Assembly: GCA_004431415.1 (NCBI GenBank)
Contig: QPMI01000043.1
Coordinates: 62,001-126,000, forward strand
Reading direction: 5' to 3'
Source of the DNA: Cyanophora paradoxa CCMP329
Lineage: Eukaryota > Plantae > Glaucophyta
DNA: 64,000 nt
Under the pieces are notes generated by a model, which did no database searches, was not told the DNA's origin, and was given only the letters and a program-made list of their open reading frames with translations. Below are positions 26,234 to 38,497 of the stretch, piece by piece. The first letter of the stretch is position 1. Every line of letters begins with the position of its first letter. The position numbers were made by a program, and so were the translations under genes.

Positions 26234-26905
26234 ATGCCCGAGATAAAGCAGAGGCCGTACGTGCCATCGTCCACGTTGGGACAGCCCGGCATGGACGTCG
26301 GTGCGCGTCCGCGATGGGGCGCACGGCGCGCGGGCCTGCCGCGGCTCACACGGAGGGCGAGCAGACGAGGCGCCGCCCCTCGGCAGGGAGTTCGTGAGCT
26401 TGAACGACACGTTCGCGAACTTCCCCGACCGCAAGCAGAAGCCCCTCAACGGGTCCGCCCTCGAGCTCCCCGGGCCCGCCTGCCCTCCCTCCCCCTTCAC
26501 ATCAGCGCCGACGAGGCGGGCCCGGGCGGTGGCGGGGGGCAGGCACCGGGGGTACTACAGCTACCACGACGATGACTGCCGGTGCGCTATGTATGGAGAG
26601 GAAAGCCACTGCAACCGCAACGGCTACATTTGGAGCTGCTGGTGCGCTGACGCCGCGGCCCTGCCCCCGGCCTAGGCCTAGATCTAGCTATCACAGTGTA
26701 GAGGCCAGCTGCAGACGGCGCCGCGCGCGCGTGGGCAGTCATTGCTTGCGCCCATGGACCGCAGCTGATCACCGTGCGCATGCCTTCTTTCCGACCCTTT
26801 TCTTTCCAATCTGCAGTGGGCAGTGGAACCGATACAGGTACGGTGCCAGTGCACGCCCCATCCCCGCGCGGCCGCGCCGCGCGCTGCCCCGAGTCCGTGT
26901 CTGAT
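26234..26905 (+). CDS. Small Cys/His-rich hypothetical protein, possibly degenerate at the 3' end
   Basis: Splices to MPEIKQRPYVPSSTLGQPGMDV|GREFVSLNDTFANFPDRKQKPLNG|HRGYYSYHDDDCRCAMYGEESHCNRNGYIWSC. Typical introns at ~26301-26385 and ~26453-26542; 3' exons unclear. Confidence 0.45.
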
Positions 26906-27452
26906 TGGATCCGGCCACTCCGCAGCGTCTGCTTCAAGTCTTGAAGCAGACTCGGGTCGCCAGCCCGGCTCCGCCTCGAGCCCGCCCTAGGCTAGGCCTC
27001 CTGGTCAAGGCTCGGCCCGGCCCGCCGCGCAGGCGCTGCGCATGCGCATCATGGCATGCTCGCGCGAGCACGCGCTGCGCGCGATCCACGTGCACATCTG
27101 TGAAAATTATTTCTGTTATTATTCTGAAATTAGGCCCTATAGTCGCCGTATAGCTTAAGCTTTATATATAGTTAGGCTGCCGGCCGCGCATGCGCAGCGC
27201 CACGCGTACGGTACGCGTACGCGAACTGTGATCATATGCATGAGCCGCGCGGATTTCAACGTTAAACGTTAACGCTAGCTATAGCGCCCAAATCGATCGT
27301 GCGCGCCGATGGAATGAATTTGAAGCGTTCGGCGGCTTTGAAGCGAAGCGTGATATCGATGCAGCCTAGGCTGGCAGATCAGACGCCAGCGCTAGCGCTT
27401 GCACGAGCACGAGCTGTGGGACAGTTGCGTACCCCCCAGATCGAGGCAAAAA

Positions 27453-28196
27453 ATGTTCAGCTGCGCAGCAATCGCCGCCTCCCCGGCGCGCAAGCACATC
27501 TCGCTCCGATCGGAGTTCGCTGGGAAAGCTTGTCCGCGCACGGCGCCCCCGAAGGCCAGCCAGCCGGCGCGCGCCTCGTTCGGCTGCGAGGCCTCGGCGG
27601 AGGCATCCAGCTCCCGCCGGGCCTTCGTTGGATCCTCGCTCGCGGGCCTGCTGGCGTTCGGGTTGCTCCCGGCGACCGCACGCGCTGTCGACTACCGGCC
27701 CGACCAACTCGAGCGGCTGGGCCGCACCGTGCCCGAGATCCGCGACATCCTGCCCGGCTTCGAGGCAGACATCAAGGTCCGCTCGCGTCCGGCCCGCCGG
27801 TCGCGGCGCGGATCTCGCTGCTGACGCGCGCGCAGGACCTGATGGCCCAGAAGGAGTTCCGGACGGCGCGGCGGCGGCTGCGCACTTTCGACCGCCTCGT
27901 GCGCATGAGGCTGCAGAACGAGGTGGGCAACGAGCTCGCGGGTGAGGACAAGAAGCGGGCGGGGTCGGCGATGGATGTGCGGCCCGGGCGCCCGCCGCGC
28001 GGCGCTAGCTCGCCAGGGGCTGACGCGCGGCGAGCAGAAGCTTCGGGAGCACCTCTTCCGGCTGGACGAGCGGCTGAAGGGCGAGGACGAGGCGGGGGCC
28101 CGCTCGCAGCTCGCGACGCTCCTCACCGACATCGAGGCATACCTGCGCCTCGTCCCCGCCGCCGCCGGCGGCTCCGTCCTCCCCTCCGAGTTGTAG
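27453..28196 (+). CDS. PsbQ-like thylakoid lumen protein with bipartite transit peptide
   Basis: MFSCAAIAASP... transit peptide, then twin-Arg lumen signal SRRAFVGSSLAGLLAFGLLPATARA (AxA). Mature four-helix-type sequence ...LREHLFRLDERLKGEDEAGARSQLATLLTDIEAYL. Two introns. Confidence 0.7.
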
Positions 28197-28387
28197 GCCG
28201 CCCTCGCCCGCTTCTTCAACCTCAAGGCGACTCTATGGTCCTACGCCTGTGCTCAGATTTGGCCCGGGGGAGGGGGAGCCCCCCTCGGCGGGCAGCGGGG
28301 TACACAGATCGGTGTGGGGCCTTGCTTTACAGGGGGCGGGGCGGGAGGGGGCAGGCGGGACGGGGCGGGCGGGGCGGGCGGGGCCAG

Positions 28388-31300
28388 CTACTTGCGGGCG
28401 CGGGCGCGCTTGCGCTTGGGACCGGAGGAGGAGGAGGAGGAGCCGCTGGAGCTGGAGCCGGAGGAGGAGCTGTCCGAGGAGGAGGAGGAGCTGCTGGAGG
28501 ACGAGCTCGAGCTCGAGCTCGACGAGCTGCTCTCCTTGCGCGCCGCCTGCTGCGCCATGATCAGCTTCGGCATGTTCTTCAGGTGCTCGCGCAGCCCGTC
28601 CCTGCGCGCCCCCGGTCAGGCCGGCGGGAGGGGGGCGAGGGGCGGGCGGGCGGGCGGGTGCGCACGTGAGGCCGCCGAGGCCGATGGAGGTGAAGAAGTT
28701 GATGGCGAAGCGCGTGTTCTTGGGCGTGTCCCGCGGGAAGAGGCCCTGGTAGTACACCGCCATGAGCCTGCGCGGGCGGGGGCGCGGGGCGCGTGAGCTG
28801 CGTGCAGAGGGCGAGGGGGGCAGGGCGCGGGGCGGGGCGGGCGGACGGGTCGTTGAGGCGCTCGGAGAGCTTGGAGAGGCCGAGGTACTCGCAGAGCTCC
28901 TGGAAGAGGATCTTGATGAAGATGCGGGAGGAGGAGGTCGTCTCCTCCTCGTTGAGGTGGATGTACTGCAGGATCGTCCACGGCATCGCGTCGCTGTAGA
29001 GCAGGTGGGAGAAGAGCTTCGCCACGTTGCGCAGCTTGTTCGTCTCCAGCCGGTGGATCGTCGAGTACTGCGTCAGGAAGGCGTTCTGGAAGCACTCGAT
29101 CCAGACCGGCTTCAGCTGGCAGAAGCGCTGCGAGAGGAGCCCGTAGAACTTGAGGAAGGTCCGCTCCTGGCTGCAGCACTCCAGGATCATGGCGACGACC
29201 TCCATCTGCGGGGGGCGGGGCGGGCCGCGGGCCGCGGGTGAGCGGGCGCCGGGCTCCGTCGCGCGGGGAGGAGGGCGGGGCACCTCCTGGCCGTCGCGGA
29301 GCTTGATCTTGAGGAGCTTGTGGGCGCACTCCTCGAAGGAGAGGGAGGACATGATGGTGAGGTAGATCGAGCGGCGCAGGTTCACGTCCCCCATCCCCGA
29401 CGCGTCCACGATCCCGTCCTGCCCGCCCTGGCCCCCCGGCGCCCCCGCGCCCGACGGCTGCCCGCCGGCCTCGCCCTCGGACTCGTAGCTGGACTCGGAG
29501 GAGGCGTCCTCCTTGTCGGCGTCCCCGGCCGACTCCTCGTCCGAGCTCTCCCCCAGGATCTCCCGCTTGATCGCCTGGTACTTCTCCTCGTTCTCCGCGA
29601 AGTGCGGGTCGATGTGGAAGATGTCTGCCGCCGCCGGCAGCCGCGCCCTCAGCCCCCTCCTCCTCGCGGGGGGCGGGGGCGGGGGGGGCGCGCACCGAGG
29701 CTCTCCTCGCCGTCCATCTTGTCGTCGAGGCCGACCTCGTGCGTGATCTGGTCGTCCGCCTCCACCAGGTCGAGCTCGGGGAGCACCGCCGGGTGCTCCT
29801 TGAAGCCCGTCTTGCGCACCGCGAAGAGGTCCTCGATCAGGTACTGCACGCGCTTGTCGATCTCGCCCTCGTGCAGGATGCCGCGGAAGCGCTCGAAGAT
29901 GGCGTTCAGGCCCTGCGGCGACACGTCCGAGAGCATCGCCCCGCACTCCTTCGTGAACGAGACCGCCAGCTCCACCGAGTCGTCCGTCGGCTTCTCCAGC
30001 AGCAGCGTCAGCAGCTGCCGGCGAGGAACGGAGTCACGGCGCGCCGGGCGGACGGGCGGGCGAGGAGGGCGCGGGGACCTGCAGGGCGAGGATCTCGTGC
30101 GCGACCTGCTGGTTCACGAGGTGCGCCATGAACTTGGTCACGGCCAGACACATGATCTGCGCCGCGTCCCCGGTCGGCCGCCCGGCCGCGCTCGCGGGCC
30201 CTAGCGCCGGCGCCGGCGTGCGCGGACCTTGTCGTTACGCTTGTAGGCACGGCGGAACTGGAGGATGATGCGCTTGAGGAGGAGCTCGACGTTCTCGGGC
30301 ATCTTCGTGTTGATAACGGCCGCCAGCGCCGCGTACACGTTCGTGAAGGTCGGCGAGGCGAGCTGCGCCTTGAGGATCGACCGCGCCAACAGGCCGCGCC
30401 CGCGGATCAAGTTCTCGGCGAAGATCTCGGGGACGATGTTCTTGATGTTTGCGACGTTGACCTGCGCGGCGGCGGGCGCTCGGCACGGGTGGCGGGCGGA
30501 GCTCGCGGGGGCCTCCTCCGCTGCCCCGCACCTTGTTGATGAGACCGTTGATACTCTTACGAAGGGCGTCCCAGGTCATGCGCTGGTACTCCGGCGACTC
30601 CTTGTCTTTGGCCTCCTTCTGCATCTGGGCCAGCCGGAAGGGCGGGAGGTCTGGTGCGCGTGCGGAATGAGGAGAGGCGAGAACCGTTAGCTAGCAAAGG
30701 AACGGGGGGCGCACAGAGGCCGCCGGCCCTGCTCGGCAGGCCGGCCTTCGTGGGGCCGTCCATGGCCTGCCGCCCGGTGTCCTCCTGCAGCGAAATGAAA
30801 GGTGTCTGTGTGCGATTGAAACGAGCGCGCAGGGAAATTGCCCACCTTGGGGGGCGCCTCCGCGCGGGCGGCAGCCGACTCAGCGGCGCGGCGCTCCTGG
30901 GCGTCGCGGCGCCCGACTGCGAAATCCTCGTCGCGGCTGCGGTCGCGAGGAGGAGGGGGCTCCTTGCGATCCTCCCTGCGCGGCGAGAAATCAAGGACTG
31001 AGGAATGGAACGCGATGAGGGCAGATGAACCTGCGATCCGAGTCGCGGGGCCTGTCCCTGTCCCCCCTAGAGTCGCGGTCATCTCTGCTAAGCTTTGGTG
31101 AGCGGAAGGCTACGAAAGCCACGCTGCTGGGGCGGCGGACCTGCGGTCCCTGTCGCGCCTGTCATCCCGGCGATCCCGGCGCTCGGGGGTGCGGCTGCGT
31201 TTCCGCCTGTCATCGCGGTCGCGGCTCCTGCTGCGTGACCTCCGCTCCCGCCGCCGCTCGGGCGAGTCCGCGCGGCGCCGCCGCTCGGGCTCGGGCGAGC

Positions 31301-31504
31301 GGGAACGGGACTCTCGCTTCTTGTCGCTGCGGTCGCGGGAGGAAACGAACGTAAGGGCTTGTATGCAGCGCAGGGGGCCCGGGGCGAAGGCAGAGCGAAC
31401 CCGCGGGCTTCGGGCTTCTCGCGCTCCTCTTCGCGCTCGGAGGCGCTCTCTAACCGATCATCCTCGCTCGAAGAGCTGCTAGAACTGCTCGATTTCCGGC
31501 CCAT
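28388..31504 (-). CDS. CWC22: Pre-mRNA splicing factor CWC22 (MIF4G + MA3)
   Basis: [102 protein letters not shown]; RS-rich N-terminus and poly-Ser tail. Confidence 0.95.
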
Positions 31505-31638
31505 CGGTGCAAGCACTTCGATCAATTGTACCCCCAAGGGCTCGACTCCCCCCCCCCGTGTCGTGTCGTTGTACGTGCGAGCGCCACGTCGATCAAGTTG
31601 TGCACGCGAGCTCGCGGGGTGTCTAGCTCGATCTCCAG

Positions 31639-33607
31639 ATGGCGAGCGGGGTCAAGGCGCTGTCCTTGATGGACTCGCGCATGAACTTGACAGACTTCCT
31701 TGACCGCCTCACACCCACAAACGACGTGCGATCCCGTTTGGCTAGCAAATTCACACGCAGCCACACTCTGGCGCCCCCGCCGCACGGGTCTGGACTCAGA
31801 CAGCCGCCGCGCAGGCTGACGGCTCCGGAGAGGTCGAGGACCTTGACATGGAGCGAAGAGCGTTCCTGAAAGACCTCGCCTCGCTCGAAGATCAGTGGAA
31901 AAGGTGCGCGCTTCTGCATGGCCGCTTCGCGGCGCTCGCAGCCGACCCGCGGCGCTTCTTCGCAGCTGCACGGCTGCCTCGGAGATGAGCCTCAGCGATT
32001 TCATAGAAGCGGTGCGGCGGGGTTTTGGAGTTGGCACTGCCGCCGCTCGCCCCGATCGCCCGCCGCAGGCTGTCAAAGAGAAGCCGGACGCAACCACGTC
32101 GGCCGAGGCTGCTTCGTCCGCCGTGGGGAAGGTCGGAAGGGTGTGCGGCAAGCTCGCAACGCCGACGTCTTGCCGCGCGGTCCGCTGACTTTCCCGGCGC
32201 CCGCCGCGGCCCGTGCAGGACGCGGCCGTCAAGCTCCTTCGCACTTTCGGCTCCCTGAACACCAAGTGCCAGTCCCTGTTCTCCGAAGAGTTCGGCGTCG
32301 GTGCTTCTTGCCTCTGTCTGCTCGGCGCCCTGCGGCCTGCCGCTGACGCCCCTCCGCAGATGAGGTCTCCAGCCCGCGCAGCGCCGCTAAGACGTGCCAC
32401 TTCCGCCGCCTGACCGACTGCGCGCGCAGTTCATCCGATCGCTGCAGGGGGAGCAGGGGGCGCTGCCCAGCCCCGCCGCGGACCCCGAGAACCCGTTTAT
32501 AGCCGAGGCGCGGCGCGCCGGCTCCGCCGGCTCCGGTTCCTCCTCCCCGACCCTCATCAAGACCCCCGGCGGCGGCGTCACGCGGGCGCCGGGCCCGGCG
32601 CCGCGGCCCGGGGCGGTGCCGGTGGCGCCCGGGCGGCCGCCGCCGTCGGTGTCGCTGCCGGCGCCCTCGGCGACGACCGTGCAGCTCATCCGCACGGTCA
32701 GCTCCTTCCACAAGCACCCGGGGGCCCTCCCCTACCTCGAGCCCGGCACCGTCCCCGGCCTCCCCGCCGACGGCGTGCCGCGCACGCGGAGCCAGCGGGC
32801 GCGCGTGGCGCGGCACCAGCGGCGGCAGAAGCGGACGCAGCAGCGCGAGCAGGGGCGGCGGCGGGACAGCTCCGAGGGGGCCGAGGAGGTGCCGGAGGCC
32901 CGCATCCCCCGCCAGGCCTCCCTCCTCGCCCAGGACCGCTGGCGCGCCCAGATGCACCCCCGGGCCCCGCCCCCCAGCGTCCCCTCCCCCGTCCCCCTCG
33001 CCGCCTCCGTCCCCGTCGGCCCCGCCTCCCTCCGCGCCGGCGCCGTACCCCTCCTGGGCGCCGCCATCTCCAACCCCCTCGCCGCCTCCGCCTTCCGGCC
33101 GGCCCCCTCCTCCTCCTCCGGGCCGGCGCCGCTGCCCCCCGCGTCGAGCGCGCCGGCGCCGGCGCCGTCGGGGCGGAAGCGGAGCCGGGCGGCGTCCCCC
33201 GAGCCGGAGCCGGAGGTGAACCTGGACGAGATGGACGAGAAGAAGCGCAAGAAGTGGATCTGGTGCCCCGCCCCCGCCCCGCCCCGCCCCTCCCGCGCCC
33301 TCGCCCCCGCCGAGGCGGCGGCAGCATGCTGAGGAACCGGGAGTCGGCGGCGCGGGACCGCGCCCGCAAGAAGGAGCACGTCAAGAACCTCGAGGACCGC
33401 GTGCGCCCCCGCCGCCTCTTCTGCGCCCCTCCCTCCCCCGCCCCCCCGACGCCGCCCCGGCCCGGCCCGCAGAACGCGCAGCTCGAGTCGGAGAACATGG
33501 CGCTGCGGCGGCGCGTGGCCGAGCTTGAGGCCGCGCTCAACGGCAGCGGCGCCCGCCCGGGCGCAGGCCCCAGGCGCACCGCCTCCGGCCGCCTCTCCTC
33601 CAAGTAG
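31639..33607 (+). CDS. bZIP transcription factor
   Basis: Basic region DEKKRKKWI|MLRNRESAARDRARKKEHVKNLEDR, then zipper NAQLESENMALRRRVAELEAAL. Confidence 0.85.
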
Positions 33608-33691
33608 CGGCGGGGCCGGGGCCCCCGCGGCGCTCCCGCCTGCTTCCTGTACTCTTGATTGCTTGCTACCATCAAATCTATGAAGTGGGCG

Positions 33692-34470
33692 CTACGTGCC
33701 GGGCGGCCTGGGGGCGGCGTCGCCCGCTAATCGGGGCGCGTCTAAACCTCCGGGGGCCGGCGCCGCCGCCGAGCCGGAGCCGACGATGTCGTCGTGGTCG
33801 ATGCAGAGCGATCCGTCGGCGGACATCGAGATCTTCTTGACCTCGTCCGCGCGCCCGTGCTGCGCGCGCTCTCCGGCGTCGGCCGCGGCCGCGGCGGGGC
33901 GGGCCCGGAGGCGCCGGAGCGAGGGCGGCACGCACGCGCGCGAGGATTTCCTCGAGGTTGCGCTCCTCGCCGAACCAGCCGAGGTTGTCAGCGATCAAGT
34001 GCAGGTTCTGGCACCCGGGACACCGCACAATCACGATCCCCTCTGCGCCGCCGCGCCGCGCGCCGCCGCGTCAGACCGCGGGCCCGCTCGCGCAGCGGCG
34101 GCGGGGTGCGCGCACTCTCGTACGAGTTCTTCGAGATGATCTTGACCGATCTTGTGTCGCACTTGGCGCACGTGAAGACGAGGACCATCTTCGGGCCCGG
34201 TGTGACCACGCCGAGAGTGTCGTCCGCGCCTTCCGCCGCCTGCTGGGCCACGCCGGCACCCGCAGCCGGCGCTGAGTCCACTTGTTGTGCGGAGCGCAGC
34301 CACGCCGTGCCCGAGGCCGCGCGGGAGCTAAGGGGCGCAGCATGAGAGAGCCGGCCGACCGTCGCGTGGTGCCCGCAGCAGCACGCCGGCGTTGCACGCG
34401 CAGCTTGCGTGCTCGCAGCTCGTGTCAGCGGGCGGCCGGCCGGCCTCAGAAGCCTCGCGAGAGCTTGCAT
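33692..34470 (-). CDS. DNL-type zinc finger Hsp70 escort protein (Zim17/Hep1 family) with organellar presequence
   Basis: [24 protein letters not shown]|..[27 protein letters not shown]; Arg/Ala-rich N-terminus. Confidence 0.9.
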
Positions 34471-34535
34471 CTCTGAATTCGAGGTCCCGTACCCGTGCGA
34501 GTTGGCCCCACCCTTGCGCCAGAGCTCAGCGAGGG

Positions 34536-36228
34536 ATGGAGCAGCCGCCGGCGGGAGCCGCGAGCTTGCCCATCGATCTTCTGGCGGTCGTGTTCTCGTT
34601 CCTGTGCGCCGAGGACCGAGCGCGTGCGGGTGCCGTCTGCAGGGCGTGGCGCATCCTTGCAGAGCAGCCCGACGGCTGGCGCGCTCTCACGCTGCGCGTC
34701 GTGGCCTTCGGGAGGGGCGTGCAGGACTGGCAGCGCGGACTGAGCGCATACGAGCCGTGGAAAGGCGATGCCGCGAAAGACCTGCAGCTCACCGGCCTGC
34801 GACCCATCGGCCCAAGCGCCGCCGCCGCCGTCCTGCGGCAGCCGCGTTTCGCAAAGGCGCGTCCTGCAGCTGCCTCGCTTTCGCGCGCGCGCCATGCCGC
34901 CGTCGTGTGACGTCCCGGCGCGCAGCTAGAGGAGGTTGCGCTCGAGATTGGGGTCCGCGCGCAGCTCAGCGCCGCGCGCTTCGGCCTGCAGCTGACGAGC
35001 GCGCGGCGGCAGGCGTTCTGGGGCGGCTACGTCGGTGTGGGCCACCCGTGGGACGCCTCGTTCGCGGCGCTGGCGGCCGCGGTGCCGCCCTCGGCGCGGC
35101 GGCTCTCGCTGCGCTTCTGGGATGGCGGGCGCCCCGCGAACCTGGGCGACGCCTCGCACTGGAAGCTGGCGCTCCCGAGCCTCCGCCTCGCCGCCGGGGC
35201 GCCGGGCCTGGAGGAGGTCCACTTGCTCCACGGGCCCGTCGAGACGGCCGCCCCCGAGGGCCTCGCCACCCTCGGCGGGCCCGCCAGCGCCGTCCGCCAG
35301 TGCGCCCCCGCCCTCCGCCGCCCCCGCCCCCGGAGGCGCCGCCCGAGCTCGGCGGGGGCAGCCTGGGGGCGTGCGTGGACACGTGGAACGGGGCGGAGTC
35401 CCTCGCCGCCCTCCGCGCCGCCTTCCCCAAGCTCCAGACCGTCGGCCACGGCACGCCCCCCGCCCCGCGCCGCCCCTACCCCGCCGCGTCGCCGCCTGAC
35501 GGGCCGCAGTGTGGGCGAGCGGGGAGGCGTCGCTGCGGGCGCTCGCGGGGAGCGGGGTGCGGCCCCTCGCCCTGCAGCTCTCCAGCGCCCGCTTCGGGCC
35601 GGCGGGGCCGGGCGCCCGCGCCGCGCGGGATCTGGGGCGGTGGTGGCGGGCGGGCGCTGCGGGGCAGTGGCGCTGCGCTTCTGCGAGGGGGTGGGGGCCC
35701 TCGGCGACGCCCTCGCGGGGGTGCGCGCCCTCGAGCTCTGCGCCCGCGCCCCCTTCGACGCCCCCTTCCTCCACTGGCTCCGTGCCCGCCCCGCCTGCCC
35801 CCCGCGCCCCAGGCCGGCGGGCGACGGGCCGGGGCGGCAGGGACGGGGGCGCACGCGGCGAGCGTGGAGCGGCTGGCGCTGGAGGTGGCGGCGGGGACGG
35901 CCCGGAGGCGCCGCTGCTGCTCGCGGGGGCCCCGAGGCGGCCGCCGCCCTCGCCGCCCTCCCGCGCCTCCGCTGCCTGCGCCTCGGGCCCCGCGGCCTCG
36001 CCGCCTGGGCCCCGCCTCCGAGCTCGCCGCCGCCCTCCCCGCCGCCTGCCCCGCCCTCCGCGAGGCCGCCCTTCTGCCCCCGCCCCGGTCCCCGAGCTCT
36101 CCCGGCGCGCGCGGGGCGGGGCGGGGCCAGCGGCCGCCCCCGCGGCGCTCCTTGAGGCAGACGCCCTCCTGCAGGCCGCCCTCGCCCGCCGCCGCCCCGC
36201 CCCGCCCCGCCCTCGACTATCCAACTGA
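34536..36228 (+). CDS. F-box protein with degenerate LRR-like C-terminus
   Basis: SLPIDLLAVVFSFLCAEDRARAGAVCRAWRILA is a canonical F-box; later LPRLRCLRL and ACPALRE motifs. Confidence 0.75.
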
Positions 36229-36296
36229 ACGCCCTTGCATTTATATCTGGTTCTGCACTCTCGGCTTTGCTAGTGTACTCGGGAGGGGGCACTGGG

Positions 36297-38235
36297 TCAG
36301 GCGCGCTTGCGGAAGAGGTAGTGGGAGACGAGCCACTCGTTGCCGCCGGCGAAGGCGAAGCACTCGGCGCAGGCGATGAAGAAGAGGCGCCAGTAGACGA
36401 ACCACTTCGTCGCGTTCTCCTTCCCGTACGTCGCCTCCAGGATCGGCCACACCTCCTGCCCCGCCCCCGCGCCCCGTGTCAGGGCGCCTCGAGGCCGAGG
36501 GGCGGGGCGGGGCGGGGCGGGGCGGGGCGGGGCGGGGCGGGCGGGCCTTCTTCTTGGCGTCGAGGTTGGCGAGCCAGGCCTCGGAGGTCTTGCCGTAGTG
36601 GGTGCCGGAGACGCGCCAGTGGTCGGCGAGGGCGAGGTCCTCCTGGAAGTACGTCAGCAGGTTGTCCGACGGCATCGTCCCTGCCCCGCCCCCGCCCCGC
36701 CGCCCCCGGCCCCGTGAGAGGGAGCCGGGCGGCGCGCGGGGGGGCGCGGGCACCGCCGGTGAAGAAGTACTTGGACATCCAGTCGGACTCGTCCCGCGCC
36801 TCGAAGTGGTACGCGTACCGCGCGTGCGTGAAGATGTGCACGAACAGCATCCTGTCCGAGGCGTCAGAGCGGGCGAGGGGGGGGGGGGGGGGGGGGGGGG
36901 AACGAGGGGGGGGGACCCACCCGCCCGGCTTGAGCCACTTGGCGACCTTGCGCATGAGCAGCTCGTAGTTCTGCAGCGGGGAGGGGGTCGTCCGGGGCGG
37001 GGCGGGGGAGCGCGAGGGGCGGGGCGGGCCTTCATGTGCTCGAACATCTCGATGGAGACGACGCGGTCGAACTTGGCGGCACCGGCCTCGAACTCGTTCA
37101 TGTCCGCCGTCACGATCGTCACGTTGCTGAGGCCGCGCTTCTTGCACTCCCCGTCGATGTGCTCCTTCTGCGACCGCGAGTTCGACACCCCCGTGATCCG
37201 CGCCTGCCCGCCCCCGCCGCCCCGTCAGCTGAGCCAAAACGGCCCGGCCCCGCTGGGCCGGCTACCGCCCTCAGGCGACGGGGCGGGGCGGGGGCGGGCC
37301 TTGGGGAACTTCTCGGCCATGTAGAGGGTGCAGGAGCCCCAGCCGCAGCCGAGCTCAAGGATCTCCTGCCCGTCCGCCAGCTGGGCCCGCTCCGCGTACT
37401 TCGCCAGCATCACCTGCCCGCCCCGCCCTGCCCCTCGGCCCCGGGCGCCACGGGGCCGGCCGGCGCGGAGCGGCGGGGCGGGGCGGGCCTCCTCGGCCTG
37501 GTCGAGGCTGGTGATCCCCGCCGGGAAGTAGCACGAGCTGTACTTCAGCCGCTTCCCTGCGCCCCCGCGCCGGCCCCGGCCCCCGCGTCAGCGCGCCGGC
37601 GCGGCCTGGCGGCGCCCGGCGGACCCAGGACGTGGAGGAAGAACTCTGTCGGCAGCTCGCTGCCGGCCCGCAGTCAGAGCCGGGCTCGGGGCCAGGGGGG
37701 TGGGGGGGCGGTGAGCCCCTCCCAGCGGGGCGCCTGCGCACTAGTGCTGCTCGTTCGCGTCGCGAGTGTTGACCTGTGCACGTGCCCGGGCCCGCCGCGG
37801 CAGCCGCCGCTCAGCCGCGGCGCCGCGCGCCCCGGGCGGCCCGGACCGCACCGCGATGGGCATCTTCTTGAGCGAGGCAACGAAGCGCATGAGGTGCGCC
37901 TGCGCGCGGTTCACTGTCACGAGGCGGCGAGCGCGACGCGGACGGCAGGCGGGGAGGGCGCGCGCCTGCTGCGCCTCGATATCGTGCTTCTCCTCCTCGT
38001 CGAGCCGCGCCTGCAGCAGAGTGCGGGTGCCCTTGCGGATGAGGAAGTCCGGCACCATCTGAGCGCGGGCTCAGGGGCGTCGCGCGGGGTTTCCGATCGC
38101 CAGCGCACGTTCTTCTCCACCAGCTGCATGAGATTCTTCATGAACCTGCGCGGGGGCGGCTCAGTCCCCAACCGTCGCCGCGCGCTTCGGCAAGTGCGGT
38201 CCGGCCTGGTCGAAAGCGCCCTGCTCGCACCACAT
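36297..38235 (-). CDS. SAM-dependent methyltransferase, cyclopropane-fatty-acid synthase / coclaurine N-methyltransferase-like family
   Basis: [85 protein letters not shown]|[32 protein letters not shown]. First exon is 5 nt (ATGTG). Confidence 0.9.
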
Positions 38236-38497
38236 CTTGCTTAACGAATCTCTTGCCTGCGCTCGACCGCTCCGAATCGACTGCTTGACTCGCTTCCGAA
38301 ACGGGTGGTACCCCGCTCGACGCGGCACGCCGGCACCGTCCGGCACGTGTTGGTGGCGCCGCCAGCGTTCATATCTGAATTTCTGAAGCGCATTTGCAGC
38401 CGAACTCCTCAAGCCGAAGTCGGCGGCGCTTTGCCGCTCTCCTCCGTAAGGAGACAAACCCACCTGCTCAAGTCGCCCCCGGCGCTGTAGCTCCAGC

